This document shows positions 24,831 to 38,072 of a stretch of 64,000 bases of DNA, piece after piece (position 1 is the stretch's first letter; each line of letters begins with the position of its first letter). The DNA lies in NCBI RefSeq assembly GCF_002571385.2, contig NW_019217883.1, positions 16,363-80,362 on the forward strand, read 5' to 3'. The notes under the pieces were generated by a model that was not told the DNA's origin, did no database searches, and worked only from the letters and a program-made list of their open reading frames with translations. A program made the translations under genes and the position numbers. This stretch comes from Stylophora pistillata (lineage: Eukaryota).

Positions 24831-26416
24831 ATGGAGCGTGTGGTGTTGTACTGGTTCACCCTTGTGATGATTATCAAAAACAGAAATATGATCCCACAAT
24901 GAAGAAATATTTTAATCATTTTCCACGGGCGTAGATCCATTCCGAGGAATCAAAGCTTTGATCTTCAGATTTCGTGCTTCGATGCTCTGCCACTGTGCTT
25001 GAAAGGACTCAAGCCAATATTAGGTTTATTTGTAACGGCTGACGACTGAGGTTTACTCCGATCGTTTCCTGCTTTAGTTCAGTGTGATGACCGAAATTAT
25101 TGAAGACTTTTCAGTTTATTCCTTTCATCTGCTGCAATTTCTGTTAATTCTCTTTTTCCTTCCTCTAGGACCGGTTAAACTGGGAAATGAGAGCTCGCTG
25201 TGATATCAAACTCATGTGGCAGATCTCGGTACGGTACGGATACCATCTAAAAGAGCAGTTTTTCATGAAGTGTGGACATTTGCCATTACTTCCGTTTTGT
25301 TTTGCTTCACTCAGTGGTTGATCTAGAAAGCTAGCACCATTCTCTCTAATCAATCAGATGCATAATTAAAACTATTTGCGTCTCGTTCGCTTCCGTTTTC
25401 CCGCGCTTTAGGTTAAGCAGCTTGATTGTTTCTGTGTTGAGTTCTTATTGGCATGACGTCATTCTTTGTTCTAATTGGCCGTTGCGATAACTTTGATTTT
25501 GGACGTAGGAAACTAAAAAAAACAAAGAAAGAAACGCTTTATCATTTCTGTGTTTTCTCCGACGATTCCTACATTCAGTTTCTTATATTTTGGTAGGCAC
25601 GAAACTGTATTCCTTTGATTTCATCAATTGTGGTTGTTATACATTTTTTTCTAGATTGGCGAAGGACAAGACATATCCCTGGATGAAGTAGACTATTTCT
25701 ACGAAAACGATTGGTAATTTTGTTGTTGGCAGACAATAAAATAAAGGGAGCATTTTTTGATGGGCGTGACCAAATTTTGATGTAGTTTTGATATTCCGAT
25801 AGGATTTCAAAAGAATGAACTTAATCGAAACGACCCTTTCATGTTTTCCAGGACTCCTACAGAAGACGATTTTAGACTTTTCGGTAAACAAAACAATGGA
25901 TGTGGACATGGTAAGTCTTTGGGAACAAATTTTCTACTAATTTGCTCCAAGTCAGGTTTAAACATTAAACGACGGGTCTACTTTTTGTCATTGTCACTGA
26001 TGATTATGAAGGTCAAACAGCGTACCTTCGTCTAGTCCATGTGCGCTTTTATAAACACAGTGAAACATATGGAAAAATATTTATTAAGGGGACACCTTGA
26101 GTTCCCACGGTTTTGCCCTCAAAAACTGAAAGAGAAAAAAGAGCCTGGGAAAGGGTCTGGAAACGAATGTACAAAAGTAAAAGTGTTTGTTTTGACCTGT
26201 TTTAGGTGGACAGCTAAGTAACAAATTTGGGTTTTAATTCTGTACATCGATTACATTCCAAGAACATTACTTTATCATATATCTCAGGTTATCTGGTGTG
26301 TGTTTGCCTTTGCAGCGACGTCTTGGACTGACAAATTCTCTTGCGGACAGCAAATCGGCGTCAGTTTCTTTCAAATCATTTTATTGTCTGAAGAGTCAGT
26401 CGTCTTTTCGCTGTAA
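24831..26416 (+). pseudogene. Small spliced gene or pseudogene absent from the ORF track; product unknown
   Basis: Canonical in-phase exons 25169-25228, 25655-25713, 25852-25910 and probably 26316-26416. A candidate first exon (gccATGG at 24831) appears interrupted by a tRNA-related repeat. Confidence 0.45.
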
Positions 26417-27239
26417 TCCTCCGAGGAGTAGTTCGTCTCTCTCGCCTGAGATCTGCAAAAGGATTGGGGCGAGGAGACGGCTATTTGTCTGAAGTACAGA
26501 GGCAATCCGGCATAAAAAGGTAGCGCTCGAATCTACTAATTTCGATGATCTCATTTTTTTATTTCACAGATTTTCCAAGTTTCAATTATAGCCCGAAACC
26601 CTGGAGACAAAAATGTGGAAAAGATAATTGTTTTTTCGAAGATGGCTCAATACTTTACTTGTAGCAAAAAAATACATCCTTCGTATTTTCTACTAAACCT
26701 TTGCGTAGTTACTTAATGTTTCTTAAACTGTAGCGAAGTAATTACAGTACTGTCTAAATGATACGGAACAAGAACTGAACTGGTACTACAATTTTTGGAG
26801 GGTATAAAATTTTCCACGCAAAGTGGAATCGTCTAGTTAGTCTCTTAGTTTAAAAAGAAAATGAGTAGATCACTTGGTTACCCAAAAAGTGACGTATTTA
26901 ATACTAGATTATTTTTGGAGTGAATAAACATGAGATCTTACAATTATGTAATCTGCGTGGATTTGTGACCGGCCATGCCGTTTACCAAAACAAATATCCA
27001 TAAATGCCACTTTTTCATCTCTTCATCTCGAGATTCCCGGGCAGGATACTTGGCCCGCCAGCTAATCCTTCCTTAGAACCTCCCATCCCGTTCGCTCAAT
27101 ACAAACGTATTTTGCCAAATGCACAAATAAATTGAATAATACTCTTCCCCCGAAAAGGACCCGCTTTCCAACTCTAGAGAACAGACTTCAGTTACTCACT
27201 TCCACGTATATATATTTTCGTGAAAATCTGAAGGCGCCA

Positions 27240-27690
27240 ATATTGGGTCTGATTTTAGACACTAGTGTCCATTCTAGACCCTAGTATCCGATTCTAGAAA
27301 CTAGTGTCCGATTTTAGACACTAATTGCTAATTTTAGAAACTAGTGTCTAATTTCAGACACTAGTATCCAATTTTAAATATTAGTGTCCCACTTTAAACG
27401 CTAGACTCCGACTTTAGAAATAAGTGTCCGATTTTAGAGACCATTGTCCGATTTTAGTCACTGGTGTCCAATTCTGGGCACGAATGTCCGATTTTGGACA
27501 CTAGTTTCTGATTTTAGACACTCGTGTCCGATTTTGAATATCAATGTCCGATTTTTTACTTATGGGTCCAATTTTGGGCACGAGTGTGCGATTTTTGACA
27601 CTAGTGTCCGATTTTTGGACATGTCCAACTTGTGACACTAATGTCTGATTTGAGACATTCGTGTCCGATTTTGTACACTAGTGTCCGCTT
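27240..27690. repeat. Minisatellite, ~21-bp unit (actagtgtccgattttagac-like), about 20 degenerate copies
   Basis: Periodicity is directly visible. Confidence 0.9.
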
Positions 27691-28288
27691 TAAGATGTAT
27701 TCGTGGGGTCCAAACTAAGAAGAAGGTTGAAACACGTAACTGGTTTCCTACGCAGGCCTATTAATCCTGTTTTGGACTCATTTAATTTTTTTTTTGTATA
27801 TCATTCTTTCGACAATTTTTTAGCGAAACTTAGTTCCTTTTAGAATATGCATTTTTTGTCAAGGCTCTCGAAACCTGCCTTCCATTTTCGCGAAATTAAG
27901 TTTCCACGAAAATAAGTAACTATAAGGTAGAATATCAAGAAGGTCGAAATTTTATGGAGTGGTTGAAAATTTGATGGCGATGCGAATTTGAGGAGATCTG
28001 AGAAAACAAGCGGCTAGCGATCAAAGTAACCTATACTGGAAGCGTTGTGTGACCAGTTGTGTGACCCCTGTTTTTTCAATTTTTTTAAATCAGTATTTTA
28101 AAATTTTCGAGATGTCTGTGGTGGATTAATTTTTTGGGGATATAAAGATATTACTCGAAGTAAATTGGAGTCGAAGAGGTTGAATGAAATAATGTAATTT
28201 TGGCGTTTTTTTGCGTTAGTAACGATTTGTCTCACTTGGAAGCCTGTTTTAAATTCTGATTAGTTTCCAATTCTCTTTTCATTTGGTA

Positions 28289-28330
28289 TGACGTCACCAC
28301 GTCGCATTCGTTGGACTCTAAAATGGCGGC
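28289..28330 (+). promoter_or_regulatory. CLASP core promoter motifs: CRE palindrome and YY1-type site
   Basis: TGACGTCA at 28289-28296 and AAAATGGCGGC at 28320-28330, about 290 bp upstream of the ATG. Confidence 0.55.
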
Positions 28331-28611
28331 GAAATCTTGTGTATTCTAAGTAGAAAATCTTAGGTGGAAAAAATTGGGGTCAACTCTTTTGGATCCTATT
28401 GTTTAAGAGCTGTTGTTTAGCTAATTCTTGAAAAAAGTTGTCGAGTAACATGGCTTTTTGTCATATAGCGCTATCAGTACTTTGAAGACACGAATCCTAT
28501 ACTGTTCTACGGCAATGCGGTTCGAAGTGGTTTGAAAGTGAATTATTGCGAGTTCGTTCTTGGTGGACCTTTTCTTATTTCCAACTCAAGAGCTCTACTT
28601 AGGAAACGGAA

Positions 28612-31600
28612 ATGAAAGACATAGCATTTTTAGAAGGGATTTTAGCCGCTGTAACATCTCAAGATACCCAAAGAAGGCTGAAAGCGGCAGAAGACTTCTC
28701 GAATTATCTAAGTGTTCCTTCTAATGGAATTGAGTTCATAGGCTTCGACAAGCTCCTCGATGGGCTCGTTGGTTGGGTAAACAGCAGCAATTTCAAGGTA
28801 AGAAATATGTAAAAAAGTCGCGTTTATGAATCTGTTTTGCTTTTGTGCATAATAGATCGACATGAAATACGACGAGTTTCGCAAGCTGGGATTCAGACAT
28901 ACTATATTTTGAACACCGATTGCTCTTTGTTTGTTTGTGCCTGTATGTGTAGTAGACTTCTCAACGTCCTATTTGCGTGGGGGATCGTAAAAATTTAACC
29001 TCATGGCGGCATTCTATTTTTCTGGCAACTGAGGGGTTTATTCATTAAGACTGCAGGCATCATTGCAAATTGGTAAAATCGTTCTTTAATTTCAGTCTTG
29101 TTATATTGGCACCCTTTGATCGACCTCCAGCCAATGGTTGCCGTTTACTGATTTATTACATTTCTTTCATCCCTTCTACACAAAATTATCAGACAAATAA
29201 AAAATCATTTATATTGTAGATAAGCCTAACAGGACTAGATCTCCTCCATCAAATCGTCGATCGTCTTGGAGCAAATTTCCGAAGCCACCTTTTGCCAGGT
29301 TAGCAATACGCATTATTGCGACAAATCGCATCCACAAAGGTAATATCTAAATAAATTTAATTTTAATATTTTACAACGCGATTACATGCCTCTCTGTCTG
29401 CTTTGTTGTCTGAAATGGAATAGATGCTTCTCTATCAGTAAGTAAACTGTCAAGTAATTGAAAAAATAGCCAAAATCGGGTGAATATTTAGATTCTAAGG
29501 GTTATGAAATATTTTATTTGTTTACACAAGCAAGTTTTGATTCACTTTCTAGAGTCCCTTGTGAATTGATGTTATTTACGAACAAACGCGGCAAATTACT
29601 ATTTAGCTAACACTGCATGTTGATTAGTTTTCAATTCAGAAGCAAGCCGTTTCAGAAGACATCTGAAAATTCAGATTAACATAAAGATATGGTCATTAAA
29701 TATAAATACTATTTCGGGTGGATAAAACTTTCGGTGACAAGCAAAACACCTGGTAGTGTATTGTTCAAATCTTGTTTGAGGTTGCTGTATTTTGCGCCGA
29801 ACTGTCGTCATTTCTGACAGGCAATTTGTAGTAAACAGCAGTCGAATGCTGTGACAAGTGAAAATATCTCTTCCGATTTCATAGACTGTTTATTAAATTC
29901 CTGCTGGGAGTTGTTTACAAATAGAGTGACAAATGGTTTAACTTCGAATTCACAATAGTCAGTTTGTCACGGTAAAATTAAATAAAATTCCTTTTTCACT
30001 TGAAAGATGTTACACTGTTAAGACATTGTTAATGTTTATTATTCAGCCAAAAATCACATGTATCATCTCAAGACAAATTTCCATTCGTCAAATTTTTATT
30101 TTCTTTAATCTTGGTTTTAACAACAAAATTGGACATGTCTTTCTGCTTCCCTCCTGCACTCTTTCTTTTTGCTCTGTTATGTGAAGTTGGAGTGATGTGT
30201 GTTTTATGCATGAATGTTATGTTTACTCAAGCATTAGATAAGTATGTTTATTGCATGGATGGTCTGATAAGTGTCCTTGACTTAGTCAAAGCAATCAAAA
30301 GTAATTTGAATCATATATAGAAAATTTCAAGTGTGCTTGATTAAACTAATAGGCACATTATAAAAAGATGAAAATAATATTTGGAATTTAGCTTTTTTAC
30401 TCTTTTATTGTCAGTCTTTGTTCCCAATATATACTGTTTCATTTGGTTCTATGTGTTTGGTTTGAATAGACAACTTTTGGGGTTTTGCTTGGTTAAAAGT
30501 GAGGTTTTGGTTTAAAGATCTGGGTTTATGGAGGAAAGGAATTTGTCCTTCAAAGCATTTTTTTTCTTTCAATATCACTTTGTAAACAGAACTTTCAAAC
30601 ATCATAAAACCTAAAGTAACCCAAGATTGATTTTTTTTATAACTGTGTTTCCAAATAGGAGCTATAAGCCTGTTTTCATGCTATCATTAAGCTTTTGATT
30701 TTTATGATTTTTTTGGTGATAGATTTTCGAACCAGTCTAGGTCAGCTTGTTCCCATATTGGTTTCTCTTTCTATTTTAAATTGTATTTGTTGTTTTACTC
30801 TATAAGATGGGAATGAATATCACACAGAGGTTAACACCTAATTCATTATTTATGTCGACAAGTTTCATTGGCATCAAGTGCATTTTGAAAATTTTAAATA
30901 CTAGTGATTTCTTTATTTGAGAGTAAAAATAACTTTTTTGCATTTATTTGCAAGATTTAGGGACTAGGGCTTGCAATATTTTTGCTTTTGCTAGTTTTTC
31001 AACTCTTTAGATGTCATAAAATGTTTTTATCTTAAGTCATACAGTGAAGCATATTTTTATCCAGGGCAGCTCTATTGTTTAAGGGTATAACTCTTCAGTT
31101 TAATAGTTAAATAATTGGATTATCTGTGATTCTGTTAAAAGCAATCAATCTTGAATTATGAGAAAAGAAATATTTAGGACAACTCACTTGACTTCTCTGA
31201 GCTGACTAAGTTTCTCTGGGATGACATGAAAAATCTCGTAAGTCCTAAAAAAAAAAATAGGAAAAGGAAAACTTTAAGACAATATTGACGCAATGAATCC
31301 TATGGAATTTCAATTTTGAGTATTGAATTGAACCATTTGCCACAAAATTAACTGAAAAATTTGAGCCAATTTACTTAAAATTGATACCAAATTCAACAAA
31401 TATTTAAAATATTTTAATCTGTCTGTGCCCCTTTACTAACAATTTGATATGTGGTATGTATACATGCACTTAACCCTGTGGACATTTTTGAAAGTCTTTC
31501 TTTCAAACAATGATGTATTTTTCTTTTTATTCCATTTTTGGGTATGTATTTCGAGATGGAAGTGTTATTACTGGTTGTGAAATATCTTTGGTGTAAATGG

Positions 31601-34600
31601 CTGGAGCTAAAACTATGTTTCTGCTATAATTTCATTCTGGTCAGAAGGTTTTTGTATGACCTTTAGTTGGTGCGGCAGGGTTCAAATTGAACACTATAAA
31701 TGAACAGAGTAAAGTACATGTAAGTAAGTGAGTTAATGAGTAAAGATGCATTCTCTTTGTTAATACCACAAACTAAGTTGTATAGCAGGAAATGAAGGAC
31801 AAATTTCGTAAGAGGGAAGTGTTTGTTTTAAGCAATTGTGGAATAAGAGATAATCATTTGGAGAAAATTCTAAATGAGGAATTTGATATGTCTTTGGGAA
31901 AAGAAAGGTAATAACACTGAGCTTGTTATCAAGTTCATTCAAGAATCAACTGATTAAATCCTGATATGAATGTAATAAATGGAGAGATCAGAAGTGATTT
32001 AAAATTAAAATGGTAACTTTTCATGCCAAGCGTTTTCTCTGTTTTGAACTGCCTATTCATAGCATTTGTTGAACTCAAAATTAGGGGAAAATATTGTACT
32101 TAAAAATGCCAAAAAAATGAGAAAACAGAACAATTGAAATAGTGTCCTCTCTAAAGCTTCAGAAATTTATTTTATTTGATAAAAGTATTTTTTTATCATT
32201 TTCTAATGCATGGAGATGATTTATTAGGCTTTTGGTGTGTTTTTTCCTTTAAAAACACTTTGTTGAAACTTGTGATATTGCATGCCAGAATCAAATGTAC
32301 ACAATTATCTTTTTATGCAACAAACCCTTAGCTGTGCATTTTTCAATAATGCTTACAATTAGCTCAAGAAATTTAAGTACCGGGCTTCTTACTATAGACT
32401 TTCCTTGAATATCAGGAACTATTATTCCAAGCAAACATCTTTCTGCAAGCATCTCGCTCTGAAACAGTTCTTTTTGTAGAACCCTGACCAGAAACAATGT
32501 TCAGGACAAATATTCTTTCTGTGTAAATAAATATTATATTTTGTGCTAACTGTGACAGGAAGTGGGAGAAAGAAGGAAAATCAATCCTGAAAGAAAAAAC
32601 AAGAGAACAATAAACAAAAGAAAGAGGGTGCACTGAAGGCTTAGTGTGCTATTTTGACATTATAAAATGTAATTCAACATCCTATTAAAATGATTGAAAA
32701 CTTGAAAGTCTTTAGAATATGTATTTTGCTTTTGAAGTTTACTGCAGAAATTGGCCGATAAGATAATTGTACAGATGTATGTTGTCTAAAGAAAGAAGAC
32801 CAATTCTAATTGCACACTTAAGTCTGACTTAAGTTGATAAGACCTTTAAATGAAGCCTCCTTATTTGCAGGAGATATTTAAATGTGCATTTGAATGAAAG
32901 GAAGTGCAAAAGTCAATTTTCATGCTGTGATTAGACTACAAAATGTAATTTGCATAATAATGTTTAATGTTTCAACCCCTTCAAAGATATCAGCTTCTGA
33001 TAAAAAATGAACTGATTTTCAATAATCTGACCAGTTTCTTTTTGCGCTTAACTGTTCTTAAAGTGTACGGTCAAAATTGAAACATTTTATGGTAAGTTAT
33101 TGTACTAAAGCTGTAATAGTATTTCAGATTTTTCTTTCAGATTTGATGATATTCAAAGTCGACGACAGATGTTACATTCTGATTATCATTTTTAAAACTT
33201 ATTCAAATAATTGTTCACCTCTTGACTTCAAAAAAAATTATTTAGAATGACACTATCTTTTACCTCAGTTTTAAACTGAAGGGATTTTATCCATGTTCGT
33301 ATTCTTAAGTTTTTGCTATGCTAAGACTGAAGAATATTTGTGAAGCTTGATTTCAAAATATTTTTCAGTCTGAGTTACAATTTGATGTTCAGTTTGGTTG
33401 GTTGTCATATATTTCAGCAAATTGTTTTCCCTTTCCTTGTTTACTGCAATACTTGTCCAGAAACTGGGGGAATTTCTTTTGTATTAAATATCCTTTTCAA
33501 AATTTTAAATATTTCTTTAGATTACATTTAGGGCGTTTCCTAATTTTGCAGCTGTAGTATTTTATTTTTGAGATAAGATTAAGTTATGTCCTTGGCTCAA
33601 GTCTTTCACTCTACATAATTCTGATTTGTTCTTATTTATATAGGAATGCATATGTTAAAAAGAGTATGTACTCTGGGTTCAAATGGTTACAATTTCTCCT
33701 AACTGTTTCTGATCTAATTTTTTGGCAATTTGAAAAAACAAGATGAACACATCTTTGCTGCAACCCTGACAAATCTGTTTTTGTGTTTAATTATCAATTA
33801 TTAATTATTAATTATAATTTTGTGTTTAATTAATAATTTTGTGTTTAATTTTGTGTTTAAATTTTGTGTTTAGATATTTGTGGATTAAAAATAAAACATA
33901 CATTTCGCTAGCCCTGTAATTTCAAGTCACTGAGTTTTACATGTAATTGGCAGAATCAAGTTGTATTGCAATACTGCACTCTGTTCTTGGAGGCAAATGA
34001 ATTATCGAGGGCATCTGAGTACTTTATTTGCTGTTGTAAAATGTTTTGAACAAATTCAGATTAAGTGAAGTAAAAATAGTTGTGAAGCGAAGTACAAACT
34101 TCAAGGTACAAGAGGCAATATCGTGATGTTCAGTTGACTTCTGGCATTGCTGACAAATTCTTCTTAAAATATTCTCTGTCTGCAAAAGCAAATTTTTTTA
34201 TTGTCAATAGGATTCTTATTCTTACTGATTGTGGATTTGTAATTTTTCAGTTGTTCCTGCTGTTGTGGAGAGGTTAGGTGACAGCAAGCAGCAGGTGTGG
34301 ACATTTTTTCTCTTTATTGCATATTGTTAATCTCTGATTGTGTGTTACAAAATGTAGACATAGACTCCAGTTCAATTGACCTGAGCTGCTTGGCTGGGGT
34401 CCTTCTTTCTTGTACTCATACAAGACATTTTTTCTCTGACACTGACACAGTTGTTGAATGACTAGTTTTCAATCAATCAATCGATCAACTTTATTTAACG
34501 AGGGTAACACGGAACAGTGCTTCAACTGAGTAACTAGTGGCCCCCAGTTTTGTTGAAATGGCCCACCTTTCCTTTTCTCCCTTTGAGTCTCACTGTCTGA

Positions 34601-37600
34601 GGATCTGATTTTTAACTCTGCCTCTTAGCTATTATACTTTTAGTTGTAAATCACTGCAGGAGAATTTGGTGTAAAATCAAGATGTCACCCTTTAACCAAT
34701 GAGTCCATCTATTCTCATCACTTGCTTGCTGGATATTGTCTAGGAATGGTTGGGAGAAGTTGCCTATTAGACATGTCATTTTATGAAAGGGTTTAGGAAT
34801 TTCCCTGCTATGGAAACCAGGTTAAGCTTCTGTGATACAAAATATTTGCAACTTACTAAGTTGGTCGTAAGGACTGGTATTATTACTTCATGTGGTTCCA
34901 GTCTTAGAGCACTACTGGTTATCCAGGTTACTTGGTAATTTATCGCCTGGCAACACTTCTGTGATGATGTAATAACTTACATACTCACTGTAGATATTAC
35001 AGTCAAGGGTGCTGTGGTTCCAATGTGAGACCACCACAGGTTACCCAGGTTACTCAGTTATTTATTGGCTGGTAACACTTCTGTGATGATGTAGGAACTT
35101 ACATACTCACTTAAGATGTTATAGCCAAAGGTGCTGTATTGTTGTAGGGGATTGAACACATTTCTTGTGATATTACTTTTATTGTATCTTACCTATATCT
35201 TGTGTTCCATGTTCATTTAGGTGCGAGATTCTGCTCAAGAATTACTGCAGAAGTTTATGTACCCAGTGTCTACACCTCAGGTACTTTCATCAACATCTTT
35301 TCTTTTTTCATTAGCTTAGTATACATTGTTTTGATATATCTGTCTTTTGGTTTTTAATAGCTGGAGATTATTATATTTTTGTTATCTTTTATAGCATGTG
35401 CTTGAACAGCTCATTTCAGCATTTGGTCACAAGGCTTGGCGAGTGAGAGAAGAAGTTTTGCATTGTCTGATAACTACTTTGAATGCGTGAGTGGATTGAA
35501 TTCTTTGTATTTGTGAACACAAGTTTCTTAGAAGATCTCCTTTTCATACAGTTTGTATGGTTGTTGTTTCCTGATTGTAAGATGTAATGTTTCTTTTCTT
35601 TATTTACCTGTCATTCAAACATTTACCTGTTAAGAAAGAGAATTTTTAACAAAGTCAGAGATGAGGAGAAAAAAATATATTGAACAGATTTCTCAGAGCT
35701 ATGCCAGGGAATGAAATAATGAATAATTATGTCTTTTAACCTCAGGACTGACACAAACATTTTTTTACTCTTTTGCTTTGTTTAGGTTTGGTCCATCATC
35801 TCTCACTGTGTCAAAATTTGTTCCACATATCTGTAAGCTTCTTGGTGATCCAAACAGCCAGGTAAGAGAAGTGAAATGCAGTACAGTACAGTACTGCTTT
35901 AAAGTAAGTTGACAGTCTTGGCTCAAAACTCAATCCTCAATGCTTGAAATTATCAAGAATTGACTACTGAGAATTGAGGATGGAGATGCTCAAAGAACTT
36001 GGAAGGAATCCAATCCACTGTTTCAAGGAAACGATTTCATTATTGCCTGAGATGGGCAAAGTCTTCAACATGCAGCTTCTCTTTTTTTCAATAACTTGCA
36101 TGTTGCTTGAGACTCATGGGTGAGGGTTAGGGTTCGAGTTTATACATTTGTTAAGGGGGCATTGATATGCTGTGTCAAGTTTCTCTAAAGAGATAAATTT
36201 TCTTCCAGGTTCGTGACAGTGCCATTAACAGTTTGGTTGAAATTTACCGACACGTTGGCGAGAAAGTGAGAGTGGACCTTAGCAAGAAAGGCATTCCGTC
36301 GTCAAGGTTAGTGGGGCATGCATTTTTTTAGTTATACAGAGCTGTCTGATCAACAATGCTTCACTTTTTTGTTCAGATGAGGAGAACAGAACTGTCAAAA
36401 AGAGTTAGTAGCCAGTCTAAACCACTGGCTAGTCTGCAACCTTCAGCTGGCTACTTTCACCTCATTTTCCAATAAGGGATGATGAACAATCACCATTGAT
36501 GGAATTTTTGCAACAGCCATTTCCCTGTTTTTACTAGAATTGAATGCAGAGTGTTCAGAATCTACCTGAAATTTCTGGGTGCATACTATTTCCTTTTTTC
36601 AAACTAATTGGCAGTGTCACTTCCATTTACAATTTCAAAAGTCCTTTTCAGCACAATCATCACTGTGGTGATCAAACTTCACCATGATTTTTGTCTGTTA
36701 GCCTCTTATTCAAGCCATTCTACTGCAATATTTATTCTGACATAATAGAAAACTTTGCTAATTAAAAAGTTTTGTTAAGATGTTTTAACTATTTCTTTAA
36801 CTGACCAATTTCATACCAAGAAAAACTGTGTACCTCAATTTGTTTACTTGATTTACTAGATTAAAATGTTTTCACCATTTTCAGGTTATCAATAATTTAT
36901 GCAAAATTTGACGAAGTGGCCAGATCAGGGAATATGGTGGTCAATGAACCTAATGGTATGACATGTGACTATTACTGCTGTCTTTATATTATGACTGCTT
37001 GCTAAAAATAGTGAAAAAATCCCCTGTACTGTATTGATACATTGCTACTTGTTACACATAACCTTTTACCCCCATGAGTGGCCAAGACATAATTTTTCTA
37101 ACAATATCAAGCAGATGAGCAACAAGAAGTAAGAAAAACGTCAATATAGAGATTTTGGAGTCGATTCAATACCAAGTTCTCTGAACTCACATCATAAGAA
37201 CTGTATGGCAGACAGTTAGGAGAATTACTAATGGGATCTTGAGTATGAAAAAGTTTAAGTTGGAAACAGCAAAATTCACTGTACTATTGCATAAGATTCT
37301 CCTTTGCAGCCCTAAGAGAATTTGCATGCAAGGAAATTGGAAGATATAGATGAGTATTTTGATAAAGACCCTTTGCTCTCTCAGGGCCTCTTATGTTTTA
37401 AGAGGTTCTGAATATTATTTGTTTTTGAAAGATATTGGCTTTTTTTTTTATTCCTGTAGAAAATGAAAGCAATTGTAGCATTTATTGCCTAAAAAAGATT
37501 CAATGATGTAATTGAAAATTGAAAGACTGATATCAGTTTTGAAAATAGTTATAGTTTTAATTGTTCTATCAACCTATCACCCACTGGCCATGCGTGAATT

Positions 37601-37998
37601 TTGGGAAAACAAAGACAATAAGAAAATTTTATTTTTGAGTGACTGTAGAATTTTCTTGATTTGAGTTGATATGTTCAGTGTATGGATTGAAGGATTTCAA
37701 AGATTCTGGAGAATAATTTCCATGTCCTAGTAATCATCTTATATTCTGAAGGAATACTAAATTTATTGTTAAAAAACTCTTTTATTGTGGACTCATGGGT
37801 GTATTGATGAAGGATTTCAAATGTTGATATTACACCTCAGTCATTACCTGTGTTATTTAAGAATAATGGCTGGTCTTTTGAATAACAGTGAGCAGAAGAA
37901 TTTTAATTTTCTTTGTCAAAACTCTCGAAATCTAACTCAGTAATAAGTGTTGCAAAAATGTTGGGTTTACAGCTTGATTTTACTCTAAATGCTTTTCT

Positions 37999-38072
<74 letters not shown>

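Noticed and set aside
27240-27690. CRISPR-like periodic array
   Set aside because: The units are contiguous and degenerate with no unique spacers, there are no cas genes, and the context is eukaryotic.
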